A DNA stretch of 64,000 bases, from the NCBI GenBank assembly GCA_964270895.1, contig OZ185452.1; one strand, 5' to 3'. Position numbers and translations under genes: made by a program. The notes under the pieces are model-generated. The model did not search any database. It was not told where the DNA came from and was given only the letters and a program-made list of their open reading frames with translations. Position 1 is the stretch's first letter, and each line of letters opens with the position of its first letter. This DNA is from Podarcis filfolensis. Taxonomy: Eukaryota. Positions 45,568-59,072 of this stretch are shown one piece after another.

Positions 45568-45629
45568 GGAAGGAAAGAAGGAAGGAAGGAAGGAAGGAAG
45601 GAAGGAAGGAAGGAAGGAAGGAAGGAAGG
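45568..45629. repeat. (GGAA)n microsatellite
   Basis: Direct reading. Confidence 0.95.
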
Positions 45630-46390
45630 GACACACACCATCAAGACTAGATGGATATTTGGTCTCATGCAAGGGCTGTTCTGATTAGATTCTCTAGATT
45701 CCAGAAAACTGCACAAGATCAGAGTTTCTCTGTTCTCTAGCACTGCAAACAAAAGTCACATAGACTTAAGCTTTCCATGCATCTGCACTGGTGTTATTAG
45801 AAGTGCTCCAAGAATGCCGGGGGGGGGCTGCTTCTGAAGCAAGGACAATCTCTTGTACTGAGGGGCCACCTTCCCCGGGACAAGCAGGATCCTGTTCTCT
45901 TCCCCATTCAATTTCATGCCCCTTCTGCTCCAATCAGAGCAGGGATTGAAAGGGTTGGATTGTGTAGAAGAGGAAGAAAATCCTGTCTTTGTTCCACTGG
46001 TGATCCAGAGCAACACCAAACCATAAAGTCATATGAGCGGCATTGAAAATTCAATTAGGAAGGCAAAGAACTTGCCAGATACATTGGCTTGGGGGCACGA
46101 GCACCCAGAAAGGAGACAAAAGGGAGTGGGTGTGCATGCATGGGAGAGAGAAAGCATTTGCAGCACAAAGGAAAGGCTCACTGACCGTCCGAGTTGCACA
46201 AAGTTGGGACACGAGCATGGACGGGAAAGGAAAGCAGAAATGCTGTTCAAAGCAGGGAGGTGGAGGCACAGTGTGTTCAGAAGCCCATGTTTCCCACCAC
46301 CCTCTTAAGGCTGTTGGTTGTGCTGCCATTTTTGCACTTGGGTGTAGCAGCTTCCCATATATAAAATGCATGTCACTAGCAAACGGCTAG

Positions 46391-46779
46391 TGATCGCCGA
46401 AGAATTGATGCTTTTGAATTATGGTGCTGGAGGAGACTCTTGAGAGTCCCATGGACTGCAAGAAGATCAAACCTCTCCATTCTTAAGGAAATCAACCCTG
46501 AGTGCTCACTGGAAGGACAGATCCTGAAGCTGAGGCTCCAATACTTTGACCACCTCATGAGAAGAGAAGACTCCCTGGAAAAGACCCTGATGGTGGGAAA
46601 GATGGAGGGCACAAGGAGAAGGGGAGGACAGAGGACGAGATGGTTGGATAGTGTTCTCGAACCTACCAGCATGAGTTTGACCAAACTGCGGGAGGCAGTG
46701 GAAAACAGGAGTGCCTGGCGTGCTCTGGTCCATGGGGTCATGAAGAGTCGGACACGACTAAACGACTAAACAACAACAA
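46391..46779 (+). mobile_element. RTE-BovB-type LINE, 5'-truncated 3' end
   Basis: Encodes RVPWTARRSNLSILKEINPECSLEGQILKLRLQYFDHLMRREDSLEKTLMVGK...HGVMKSRTRLND*, followed by a (CAA)n tail. Confidence 0.92.
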
Positions 46780-47917
46780 GTCCTGAAAACCTAAACTACC
46801 TTACAACTGTAAGAGCTATGTGGGCAGGGGATTATTTTTCAGGGAAACTGAATAGGGTCTGAGAAAGGCTTTTACTTCTTCTGGTGCAGGAACACCTCCT
46901 TCAGTCGCTGCAGTCAAACAGGTTCAGTAGGTTTTGGATGCAGTGCGAAAAACCAGCCCTGCAAGACCTTTTTAGCCAGGCTTTAAGAAATGAGAAACAA
47001 AACCCTGCCTACATGTGGGAAGCAGCGAAATGGGATGACCGGGAGGGGGGACGCAAGAACAGCAAGGTATGAAGACCCTGGCCAACAACTTGATTGAGAT
47101 TGAGTGTGCGCCTTAAAGAGGTGTCCCCTGGAATCCTCTGCTGCACTCATGGGTTCCACCTTGGCAGGCCTAGAGTACACAGACACACGCCCCGCAATCA
47201 ATTCACACACCCATACATCCCATTGGTATCGTGGAGACCAAGAACACATACCCAGCCCTTCCGTGCGCACATGCTCCTCTGCGATAGCTGACTGTACAAT
47301 AACCTGGCCAGACACATCCCAGGCTCCTTGGTTCCACTGACTTGCCCTGGCTTGTCCCCTATTGAAGCTGCTGAGCGATCTCCAGGGCATGAACAGGCCC
47401 TTTTGCTGGTTCCCCTTTGTCTTGTTTTCAGGTACTGGGGGAACAAGCCCAACCACTGGCACCTTCCTCGCCACCCAGCTCTTCACACCTACTGTGTTTG
47501 GGCAAGCCCCAAAGAAGCAAGGGAGATCAGGCTGATAATGATATTTAAAAAACATGAGAGAAGGGGGAGGCCAGAGCAAGAGAAGTGAGCAGCTTTTGCC
47601 ACTCCTGTTGCCCCCGGGGGCTGCAGCAGGCTGGGATCTGGCATTCTGCCTGTGCCCCAACCCTGTGACACTCCAATCCTAAAATTCTTGTGGTTGTGTC
47701 TCCTCCTTGCATCACCTTCACATGAAGCAAACATGGTGCTGTGTGCTCCAGTCTTTGTGAAATTGGGTCAGACTGGCCTCCAGATTCCTTGTGTCCTATT
47801 CCAGACCCTCCCTAAGCCGATTCTAAGCTCATTTGGGCTAAGGAAGCTTCCTAAAGAGCAGCAAATGACTCCTGTGTCCTGTGTTGAAATTTAATTGTAA
47901 GGCAGAGAGATCTCTTT

Positions 47918-48235
47918 ATGAACCTAAGAAGATCCCCGCAGGATCAGGCCCATGGCCCATCTAGTCCAGCATCAGGTTTTCACAGTGGCCAACCAGATGC
48001 CTGGGGGGGGGGGAAACCCCAAGCAGGACCTAAGCACAAGAGCCCTCTCCCCTCCTGCATTATCACCTCTGGCTGTATGGCATAGCCATCGTGGCTAGTA
48101 GCCATCAATAACTCTTTCCTCCTCCGTGAATTTGTCTAATCCTCTTTTAAAGCCATCTAGACCGGTGGTCATCACTGCCTCCTGTGGAAGCGAGTTCCAT
48201 AGTTTTCTTCTTTTTGCACAGTGCAGAGAAAGTAT
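47918..48235 (-). mobile_element. CR1 LINE 3' fragment
   Basis: KLWNSLPQEAVMTTGLDGFKRGLDKF...GY* followed by the CR1 3' UTR. Confidence 0.85.
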
Positions 48236-49078
48236 TATGTGTGTGTGGGGGGGGGGGTGTTTCCCACATGCAAAACTAAACTTCAGGTCATCCAACAAAA
48301 CTGACGGGCTTAAGATTCAGGACAGATAAGAGGAAGCACTACTTTGCAGTGCTTAACTGTTCCTGCCTAAACCAACCTAGTTGCTACGATCAGGAGAGAT
48401 GGGTAAAGAGAGATGGGGGCTTTTAGATTGTGGTACTCCATCTTGGAGGGAGAAGTCCCTTCCCCGAAAGGTCCACACAAAAACGTTTTCGTTCCTCCAA
48501 TTTATCTTATTATAGATCACTTCGGTGCCTTGTTTTATTGTGATTTTGCTTTCAAAAACAATTTGTTGTTTCGACTTTGCATTATTTTATTGTAAGCTCC
48601 AGCAAAGCTACTGAATGCCAGTTGCTGGGAGTCAACAATGGCTCAAAGCGGAGTAGGTGGGTGGGTGCCTCTGGACCCCACCCCCCTTTGAAAGCTTCCC
48701 ACTGCCTGAAACAGATCGCTGGGATATATGGCCCTTTGGCCACATTTAGCAAGGCTCTTCTTACAGATTGCCAGTATCCTTCTGTTAAGGACAATGGAGG
48801 TTGAGAACAACGCCATTATCTTCTGCTGAAGTCAGAGTCTTCAGTCCAGCTCTCAACAATATGCACTTGCAGCAGGAATCAAGCAGCTAGCTGCCTTTAT
48901 CCTCCCAAGTTCAGTCAAACTCCAGCAGGTTCCACCGACCCAGCCTGCCACACGTCAAAGAGAAAGATGCCTTTGGAGGACTGAGCAACACACCCACAAA
49001 GCTCCCACAGTGCATGGGCTGGTCCCTGCCTCTCATTCCAGAGTCACCGGTTAGGGCCGCGCAGATCTTTTATCTCAA

Positions 49079-49106
49079 GAGGAGGAGGAGGAGGAGGAGG
49101 AGGAGG
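49079..49106. repeat. (GAG)n microsatellite
   Basis: Direct reading. Confidence 0.95.
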
Positions 49107-52100
49107 GTGGTGCTTGCCTTTCCCCTGCCAAAGTCTAACTGCCCCTCAATCACCTACGTTCACGGAAGAGGATCTTTACTGTCTGCCTTCCTGTTTAAAC
49201 GATATCCCCTGCCCATGAATTTTTATTTATTTATGTTAGATTTAAACCTCGCCCTTCCTTCCAAAGGAGCCCAGGAGAAATGGGGTGCAGAGGAGGGAAA
49301 GAAGAACAGGATGACGATAGAGACGCCAGCGAAACAGCCCCAAAGGCTGCCCATCCGCAGGCAGATGAGAAGACATTCTCCCACTCCAGAAGGCAGGAGG
49401 GGTGAAGTTGCACAGAGCAGCAGAATCACAGAATGGTAGAGTTGGAAGGGACACCCAGGGGTCATCTTGTCTAACCCCCTGCAATGCAGGAATCACGGCT
49501 AAAGAAGCCCTGACAGAATCAGTAACCCCCACACCGTATGCCAGGAGAGGGCTGTGAGAATGCTCACATAAATAATGACACCCACCCAGCCACAAAGGAG
49601 GTTGCCCACTGCTTCTCTGCCTGATCAGGGCTTCTGCCTCCATCCAATCAGCTTCTGCCAGTGGCAGACACATTTCCACATCAGGTCAACCAGATAATTA
49701 AATCTCACACAATCACTTCCAACCCAGAGATTTAGCAGAATTACCCAACCCCAGCCAAGGCTTCCCGTTGCATCTCTGCATGACTCACAGCTGTGGGAAA
49801 CAACGGCACACTTTTGGTTTCTCTTGTTTTTTTTGTCCCAATAGCACCCTGGTCCAATCCAGAATGCATAAAGAGCATGATCCCCTTCTGAACACGAGGC
49901 TGCTTAGGAGCCATACTGAATAAATCCAAAATTACGATCTGCTGGAATTTAAAACCACATATATTTGACAGAATTTATTTGTGTTCTCACAGAAAGCCAT
50001 GGAATTGGGTCCAGCACTTGACCCTCTGAAAACTCTCCTTGCACTTTTCCCCTTTGTAACCATAAGGGCTTGGTTGCTAGTGTTAAATGAAACCAAAGGA
50101 TGCTGAATGTGCGAGTTCAGTGTGTCAATTTCTTCTGTATATGATGCTCACACACAACACACCAGAGACTTGTCCACAAGGTTCACATTTTAAAAGAGCC
50201 TACTCAAGGCCTAAACGGATGAAGCTTGGAAGACCAGCATGTGCATGTATCATATTTACCTAATAGTAACCCAAAAGTTACTGGAGCAGAGCAGCAATGG
50301 GGAGAGGCGGTTTTATTCCTTTACCTGCACCAGTTCCCAGTTCTAAATTTCCATTCTGCCCCCTGCCCCGCAAGCTATTAGAGCAGTAGCAGAAAAGATA
50401 TGGGTACCAATAACCAGGAAAGGGGAAGTTTTAACTGATAGCATAGAAAAGCACAAGAGCCAGGGGCGGCAGGGGCGAGATCTTTCTATGGGAAGCTGAC
50501 GCGCTTGGAGCTAGAACAAAGGAGAGTTGGCAGCTGTCAGTCAGGAAGCTTGGAACCTCACAAGTCTTCAAAGAACATGGTGGAGGCTCTTGCTCTGCCA
50601 GCCAGTTATGCCCAGGGCCGTCTGCGCTCTGCACTCTGTACTGAGAGAAGCAGGATTTTGCAACACGCATAATTTTGCATGCTCTTTCCTTTTCCATGAA
50701 TATATATGGATGCATGTAATGTGGATGCCCTAACCGCACAAAATCTTTTCCCCAAAACCCCTCTGATATTTCAGTGGGCATAGCCCAGATATCTTCAAGA
50801 ATAGATACGCGCAACCATTAAGCTAGGAATTTGGTGAGTTTCTTTTTCTTTTCTTTTTTTAAAAGGAAAGCTAAGATTCTTCAGGAACTTAATTCGGCAC
50901 CCAATACTTTTGGGGTTTTCGTCCTCTAATATTTCATGGAATTCTGGCCTAACACACTCTGGCTTAATTTCGCTGCTCTCAAAAGTGTGGAGCAAAGCCA
51001 CAACAGACCTCATGGATAGTTCTAAGTTTAATTCCCATTAAGGTGGATGACATGTGTCTGGGCACTATCTCTCCAGACTTGGGGTGGGGGGAGAGAGAGA
51101 TCACCTTGAACCATAGCACTCAACCCCTGTCCCCATACAACTGCAACTTGCAATTGGAAGAAGCCACTCCAGACACAAGCGGACCGCCTCAGTAAGAACT
51201 AGGCTTAAGTTTGTCCGTCCCTTTGTCAATTATCACACTGTCAACAAAAAGCCAAATTGGTCTTGCAGCTGTTGGTTTTCTAACTAGGCAAGGGAAGCTT
51301 CCTCCCCTCCCCTTTTCACCTTCGTTCTCGTGTAGCAAAAGAGGAGCAAGGACATGAGGGTCACAGGTCTCTTACACACCCTCAACAAACATGTGAAGTG
51401 TCCCAGAACTGCAAAAAACAGGTTACTGCCTTTGATTAAGAGGACGAAGGGATGGGTGTATGGGAGGCTAAATTGTACAGAGCTGTTTTCAAAGGCAGGA
51501 CTTTGTGTGAATGCTGAGATTTTGGAGAACGACAGGGGCACAACGGATGGGGGACAGAATGGGGACAGTTAAGAACAGGATTCAACTACCTGACAGTCCT
51601 GGCTTTTTCTTTTTTAAAAAATCAAGTTTCTAGTCCTTATAGTTGTGAAATGTATGCTTGAAAGCGTGTGAGCTGATGAAATCTCAAGAAGCCGGAGGGG
51701 CTGCTAACTGAAACTTTTTCTGAAACGCCAGTGCCCTTGCCCGCTCACCTAGTACCAGCAAAACCAGAATGATGCAAGAGTCGAAGTTATGCAAAGCAAT
51801 TATGAAAATGGATTGAATTCAGATGATTTTTAATGGGTTACTCACCGCCTCGGCTGAAGGCTCCACCATGCTTCTGAAATTACTAACAGGGACCAGCCTG
51901 TGCTTTCTGGATTTCCCAAGAGCGACGTACAACCTCCCACTTTTCCTCTCTCTCTTTCTCTCTTCCACACCCCATATCTTAGCCCCACCAAGGCAATGTT
52001 CTCCTCCATTTCTGAAGCTGAAATCCCAGGCGCCTTTTGCTTTCCATTTGTCCTTCTCGTTCAGGATTATTCCACCCTTTTCAAAGACAATACCAAACTG

Positions 52101-52790
52101 GCAAGGAAACAGATTTTCTCCAAAGCAGCATCCGCAAAAAATCTTGGACAGGAATCCTGGAAGGACCAGGCCTTTGCAGCACATTCTGAGCTACGTTTCC
52201 TTTAGGAACATATGAATTAACTCCACGTCTCACGTGCGCCAACCTCGTGAGCAGAAACGCTGCCGCCGCCCTTGCAGAGCAGGGATGTCCAAAGGAACTC
52301 AATTCTCTCCCCCCCCCCAAAAAAAGAGGTTTTTGGTTGGGTTTCTTTGCTTTCTAAAGTCACCTACAACTCTCTCCCAGAACTGAGAAGGCACCCCACT
52401 CCAAAATCCACAGCTGGGCAACACATCTCTATTTAAATCAGCCAAACAGTTACAAAACAGTGTGCAAACTTTTGAGTTGTCCAGATGAGGTTTAAACTTT
52501 GAGATCTGCATTTGAACTCAGTCTGAAGATGGAGATTGCAGACTGATTTAGCCTTCTGCTAGGTGCTTGCAGGGATCAGGTTACACACCTAGGATTCTCT
52601 TTGTTTCAAAAAACGCAAAGCCAGGCTATTACCCAGATCTGCCTCACACCGTATAGGAAATGCACAAGTTCCTGGTTAGGCAGAAGTAGAAAAAGAGAGC
52701 AACATAATAGCCTTTACATTAGGAAAGCCAGAGATTAATTTTGGGTGGTGCACTAGCTAAAAGAGTCGACCAAAGCCAAGTTATGTAGTA

Positions 52791-53008
52791 CAATGGTACC
52801 ACTGGTTACAAACTTAATTCTTTCTGGAGGTCCTTTCTTAACCTGAAACCATTCTTAACCTGAGGTACCACTTCAGCTAATGGGGCCTCCCGCTGATGCC
52901 GCTGCGCGATTTCTGTTCTCATCCTGAGGTAAAGTTCTTAACACGAGGTACTACTTCCGCGTTAGCGGAGTCTGTAACCCAAAGTGTTTGTAACCCGAGG
53001 TATCACTG
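52791..53008. mobile_element. Tc1/mariner MITE, copy 2
   Basis: Same body and TIRs (more diverged), TA TSD. Confidence 0.85.
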
Positions 53009-55799
53009 TATTACCTAGCAGCTGGCAGGCATGCAATCCTCAAAATGCAAAGCTTCTCTTCAGGTGGTCGAAAACCATCCTCCCTCTGGTTGTCGATTTG
53101 TCCCTGAACAGCGAAATTTGGTATTGGGAAGACCACGTCCCAAAACGTACACTAGCAACCTGAAATAATTGCAATCACCCCCCCTTTTTTTTAGAAAGAC
53201 TCCAGTGGAAAAGACCTTCTTTCGGACCCTAAAGTAATGTTAACCTTCAAAGTGGTTTCTCTCTCTCTCTCTCTTCTCCCATTGCTTAATTGTGCCCTCA
53301 ACAAACCCTTGCAGCAAAGGGACACATGGTGAAAGGCAAATTAACACACTGTGCCTTGAAGACCAGGCCAGGAACCACCTCATGAACAAACTGGAAGAAG
53401 GAATGCAACACAGGCCTTACCAGCCAGGAAGGTGCAAGGTGGACAAGGCAGGGAAGCTGGAAAACACAGAGTCCCTTTCAAGAGCTGAGGGGAAGAAAAT
53501 GCCAGTGAGGGGGAAAGGAAACGTTTGCGGGGGACTCAGCCAGGGCTGTCTTCAGGTTGATTTTTAAGCCTTCTTGTCCTGTCCTAGCCATCTCTTAAAT
53601 CTGCTGTCTTTCAATGGGCGCTTCAAGGTCCCGCTTCTCACTGAGGTGGTAAACTTCTGTCAGGGCTATACAGCTATAGGCTGCGATTTATGTGACTGAA
53701 TATGTGCCCATGCCAACAAATAAAGCCCAGTAATCAGGGAGCATCCAGTCAGCTGAGCCCTCACCTGCAGTCTAGTAATAAAGGCACAGGGTTGGCTACT
53801 TGAGGACTACTAGGCCTCAGAATAGGGCAAGAGTGGGGAACATGGGGCACTCCTGATGCAGCTGGACTCCCAACGAGGATGACCAATGTTCAGATGGGAA
53901 TTAGATGCCAGCAATATCTGGAGGGCTCCCACTGGCTGCCCACCCCAACAAAGCGTCATGTCAGGAGTTGGGAGTTTTTGAACTTGAAGTTCTCTCCCTC
54001 CCTCCCTTACCAACCAAGCGAGCCGCCCCTCCACAGCCCCCAAAGTCCTCAGGCCAAAGCCCTAGCTGACCGACTGTGCCTCTGGCGCCAACCATGAATC
54101 TTGCCATTTAAAAAGAGAATTTGTTCGGCCTGCTAGCCTGGCCAAGACACCCCTTGGCCTTGCTTTGTGTATGGGTCACTTTTCCTCCCCCCCCCCCAAA
54201 CTTGGTTCACTTGGGACATTTGGCCTCTCCTCAAAGACACTTTGAAAAGTGGGGTGGGTGGAGAAAGTGTCTCCACTCCCGACCCATCAAAGCCCCTTTT
54301 CAGAGCTGTCCATTCCAGTGGAGACTTATAAGGGAAACCCAGCAACTTTTGTGCTAGGAAAGCTTTTGGGACGCCTGCCACGCAGGACAAAAAAAGGGGG
54401 TGAGAGTTAATGTTCAGTGTCAACTAAATTCAAATAAACTTTTGTGGTTGTCGTGGGAGCTCCAAGCGAGCTGCCATGGGGCCAGGAACTGCTCCAGAAA
54501 GTGTCTGGGGGGTTAGTGCTGCACCAGGCCAGAGTTTGCTTGCTGCAGATGTGCCACGCCCAAAGGAAACCCATGATCCAGCAACCACGGTGGTGGAGGA
54601 GGAAGAAGCGACAGAACCAGTATGCTCCGGCCTGCCCTACCTGCCAGGGCAGAGGCCAACACCCTTTTCACCTAACCAAATCTTGGCCTTGCCCAGAGAT
54701 ACAGAGCAGAACTGAGAGCAAAGCTGGGTGTCATTGTGGACCCATCTGTGGCTCTGGAGAGCCAGCCAGGAGGAAAACAACAATCCTGGATGAGAAGAGG
54801 TGGAGGAACTCCCCAACAAGAGTGGACTCTATAACAAGATGGAGATCTGTAGTGGCCCCTACAATCTGCTAGGGGAACCATGTCTGCTACAGGACAAGGA
54901 TGTGGGGTGCACAGAACAAAGGTGGAGGAACTTATTGCCACTGTGGATTCCTATAGGGTGGGGCACAGAGCTGCTCAACCGCATAGCCCAGGGGGCACAG
55001 CCTCAGAAATGCACATTTCTATAAATCTCCCCAATGGGCCCCTAAAAATTAAACTCACCAGTTTTATGAAACAAGCACTCCCCTCAGCTATATAAACTCC
55101 CACAGAATTATTTGCAGCCCCCTAGATCAGACACCCCACATGGTCCCATTAAAATATCTGTGTTCCTAAAGAGGAGAGTTGGCTGCAGAGGGAAGAGAAA
55201 CTTTCGTAACTCTACCCCCCAGAAGAAACACATGTCTTCAAGTCTGTCCCATGGATTTGTAGACACTTCTTCAAAGCATCATAGAATAGCTTACCAATAG
55301 CTGTGCAAAGGCCCCTGGCTCACCTAGAATGCCCCATACACTGACAGAAAATAGTCTTCTTTATTGAAAACCTCCCCAAATCTCGCCCTGCTCCACAACT
55401 CCACAGCTCCTGCTGTCAAGCCACGTGCAAAGTGCTTTCCCTCAGAATCATAGAGCTCCCAGATTCCCCCAGCCTCACCCCACAGAAAAGCATGCACACA
55501 GCCAGTTTCTGTGGAACTTCACTACCCCTCCTTCAAGGCGCCTCCACAGACGAGACCCCCCCCTACTTTGCATGCAACGTATTGGCTCTTTTGCCCCTCT
55601 CTCCTGCTTGAGAGAGATCCCTTCCTGGACTCACCCGCCCCCCCTCAATCCCAAATTTTGGAGCGGGGCTCAGCCCCTCCCTCCCTCTGCCAGCTAAAAA
55701 GCCTGCTTCGCATTAGTCAGTCTTTCCAACCACCGCATTCCAGAGGCAGCTGGAGGGGGGCCAAGTGGGGGGGGGAGCGGCAGGGAGGAGCTTCCCCAC

Positions 55800-55940
55800 C
55801 TACTAGAGGGCCAGCCCCGGACTGAGCCAGGCGAGGCGGCCGCGGGGACGGACGGCCGCTCCCTCTCCGGCGAAACGACGCGCAAAAGTTTGAGCCCAGG
55901 AGGAGTCGCCGCGCCTGTTGCAGGCTGGATCCGAAGTGAC
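55800..55940 (-). other. Candidate AHNAK first exon (proximal)
   Basis: Starts at an Inr-like TCACTTC, is CpG-dense with no ATG, and ends in TAG|gtgggg (weak donor). Confidence 0.35.
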
Positions 55941-57297
55941 ATCCAGCGCAAGACGCAAAGCGTTCCCCCCTCCTTTTTTGCACGCGGATTCGTACGTGCA
56001 GCACATTCCCCATTCTACAGATCGCCAGACTTTTCTCGACAAGCAATGCGAAAGGGAGCCACTCCGAATTAAGCCAAGAGAAAAAATACTCTCGGGAGGG
56101 AAGTGGAATTTCGAAGCCCATCCAGCCCCTAGAAACAAACACACCCTTGGGACGGGGGGGCAGAGATGAGCTTTGCAAAAGACTGTGCAGACCTTACTCC
56201 CCCGTAATCCGAAAGAACGCAAAAAAGGCGTCATTCCCTCAAAATTCAAAAAGTCCGAAGAGGTTGGGAGGGGATCTCTAACACACACCCACCCGTTGAT
56301 TGCAGCCGCCCAATCTCCTGAGGGTTGCACGCCTTCCGATCTGCAAACTGGATGCCACAAAAAGAAGTCACTCCGGAGTAAGCCAACGCCTTGACGGGCA
56401 TGCGCACCAGCGTCTCGTGCAGCAACCCAGGGGGGGACATCCGAGCTCCCCTCCATCAGACTCACCTCCGGACAAAACCCTACTTCCAAAAGCACCACCC
56501 ACTCGCATCGCCCCTCAAGCCCCCCCCCCAGCCAACTAGCCCAACTAACGTTGTGTAAACAAGCCGATGGTTTTCACACACACACACACACACACTTGTG
56601 GATCCAGCCTCCCACTTGTGGATCTAGCCCCGCTCCTACACCAGGTCTTGCTACCCCCACTTCTCAATGGGCACCCCTCCCCTCAAAGTACGATAGGGCG
56701 GGGTCACACCCAGCGGAAAGCCCTGGACTTTCTCGAAGTGAGAGGGAGTGAGTGGGTGGCTCTTCTCCAGAGTCATTTCCATAACTTCGGTTTCCAATAA
56801 ATACGAATCGGCACAGATCCCGGAATCTCCCCCTCGCTTTGTCACCTCTCCGCAGCCGAAACCGATCCGGTTTCCACGCGCATCAAAACTTTCAAACAAC
56901 TTTTCCATCAACTTCTCTGCAAAAAAAGGGCTGCGGAAGCTCCGCCACCCTCCCGCCTCGTGTGCCAAGGGCGTTGCCCAGAGGTGCCAAGGCTGGACGG
57001 GGGGGGGGGCTAAGCAAACAGAGAGGGGAACCCTTTTCGACAAGGCACAGCTTTTAAAACATACAAACTTTTTGAGGAGGAGGGGGCGCTTGAGGGAGAC
57101 TAACTTGTGCTCTGCAAAAATGTGCCCAAGTTTATTTTCAAGTATGCAGGAGGATTGTGGGGGGGGGGGGCGAAATTAAATAGAGTCCCGTCAGCCCTGG
57201 TGAGGCTGTGGCCGTGCGATGGGACTACCAGACCCCCCCTTTCCCGGCCCAAGCTGACCACCACCCCCCACTGCCTGCCCGCCCGCCCGGGTGGTAC

Positions 57298-57475
57298 CTG
57301 CGGGTCCGTGGCCTTCAGCTGCCCGGCACGGCCATGCCCGGCTTTGTCCCGGTGGCTGCTTCTGCCCAGACCCCGATCCTGTCCTGGATTCCTGGAGGCG
57401 GTAGCTGAGCCCCGGCGAGCAGGCTCTCTCGCGTGGTATCCCTGCCGCAGGAGCGCACCGAGTGGGCAGCACCCA
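57298..57475 (-). other. Candidate AHNAK first exon (distal); 5' end approximate
   Basis: GC-rich block ending in CAG|gtacca, with a TATA-like TTACAAGAG about 25-30 nt upstream. The donor is only moderate. Confidence 0.35.
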
Positions 57476-57639
57476 GTCTAGGGCTGGGCTCTTGTAACTC
57501 TCAGCCCGGGATGGGTGTGACTCTCTCTCTCCGCTCGCTCGCTCCCCTTCCCGGAGCTGGGGAGGGAGGGACCAAGCCAGGCTCAGAGGAGAGAGAGAGA
57601 GAGAGAGAGGCAGCGGAGCAAGCTCTGCCCCCCCACCCC

Positions 57640-58170
57640 GCTCACTCTCAGAAGAGGAGCCTGCTGGATCAGACCAGTGGCCCACCTAGTCCAGCATCCT
57701 GTTCTCACAGTGGCCAACCAGATCTGCCTGGGAGAAACCAAGCAGGATCCGAGCGCAAGAGCCCCAGTTGTTCCCAGCTAGCAGCCATTGATAGCCCTCT
57801 CCTCCGTGAATTTGTCCAGTCTTCTTTTAAAGCAATCCAAGTTGATGGCCCTCCTGTGGCAGTGAGTTCCATAGTTTAACTATGTGCTGCATGAATTACT
57901 TCCCTTGCCCCCTCCGTCCTGATTCTTCAAGCATTCAGCTTTCATGGGATATCCACAAATTTTGGTGTTAGAGAGAGGAAGAATTTTTTCCCTCTATCCG
58001 CTTTCTCCCTGCCATGCAAGATTTTGAAAACTGCTATCACGTCGCCTCTTTACTAAAAAGTCCCCAACGCTGCAACCTTTCTTCATGGGGGAGCACTCCA
58101 CCCCTAGATAATTTTGGTTGCCCTTTTCCTCAACCTTTTGCAACGATGCAATATCCAATTCTTCTCCAAA
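57640..58170 (-). mobile_element. CR1 LINE 3' fragment
   Basis: Reverse complement gives degenerate CR1 ORF2 C-terminus (LGLFSxxRGDVIAVFKI, KLWNSLP) and the 3' UTR shared with other copies. Confidence 0.8.
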
Positions 58171-58309
58171 AGGACAGTGCCAGGATGGAAGGCGGGGGCA
58201 ACCTGTGGGGGCAGCCTCCAGGTCTTGATGGACTTCCAGCAACCAGCATGCCAAACGGTCAGGGATGAAGGGAGCGGCAAAGGCAACAACCCCCAACCCC
58301 TCTGTAAAA

Positions 58310-58570
58310 GGGAGCCCTACTGGATCAGGAGGACAAAAAGGCACATAGGCCAGCATCCCATATCCTCCCAGGGAGGTTAGTCAGATACCTCCCAAAGCAG
58401 TAGATCCCCCCTTCATGTCCCTCAGCAACTGGTGTTCAAAGGTAGACTGCTTCTGAATCTGGAAGCTCCATTTAGCTATATGACAACTAGCAGCCAGCGT
58501 TGGTGGCTCTTCTCCTCCACCTATTCCATAAATTTGTCTCTGACCACCTTGCCATATTCAGGTTGCCTCT
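58310..58570 (-). mobile_element. Older CR1 3' fragment
   Basis: gagccctactggatcagg ... cagcaactggtgttc. Similar remnants at 30040-30235 and 59398-59465. Confidence 0.55.
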
Positions 58571-58660
58571 TCCTAAATTCTGTAAAGTGTTATATATGTG
58601 TGTGTGTGTATGTGTGTGTGTGTAAAATAATAATAATAATATTTATTATTATAATATATA

Positions 58661-59028
58661 GGTAAAGGTAAAGGACCCCTGACTGTTAAGTCCAGTTGTG
58701 AATGACTCTGGGGTTGCGGTGCTCATCTCGCTTTACTGGCCGAGAGAGTCGATATTTGTCCACAGACAGTTTTTCCAGGTCATGTGGCCAGCATGACTAA
58801 GCCGCTTCTGGCAAAACCAGAGCAGCGCATGGAAACACTGTTTACCTTCCCGCCAGAGCGGTACCTATTTATCTACTTGCACTTTTTGGGGTGCTTTCGA
58901 ACTGCTAGGTTGGCAGGAGCTGGGACCGAGCAACGGGAGCGTACCCTGTTGTGGGGATGCGAACTGCCGACCTTCCAATTGGCAAGCCCTAGGCTCAGTG
59001 GTTTAGACCACAGCGCTACCTGCGTCCC
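58661..59028 (-). mobile_element. Sauria SINE, full length
   Basis: Same family as 259-610, flanked by tataatata-type sequence on both sides. Confidence 0.9.
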
Positions 59029-59072
59029 TATAATATAATATAATATAATATAATATAATATAATATAATAAG
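59029..59072. repeat. (TAATA)n microsatellite
   Basis: Direct reading; abuts the SINE head. Confidence 0.9.

Larger units (their letters stand above)
55700..57600 (-). promoter_or_regulatory. CpG-rich region, probable AHNAK promoter / TSS region
   Basis: Two CpG-dense, GC-rich blocks (55760-56060 and 57180-57560) in an otherwise CpG-poor window, upstream of the AHNAK exons. Confidence 0.65.

Noticed and set aside
54440-55030. Purine-rich, coding-looking stretch with several overlapping ORFs
   Set aside because: No recognisable domain, splice pattern or repeat termini. It may be an old retroelement remnant but I cannot support that.
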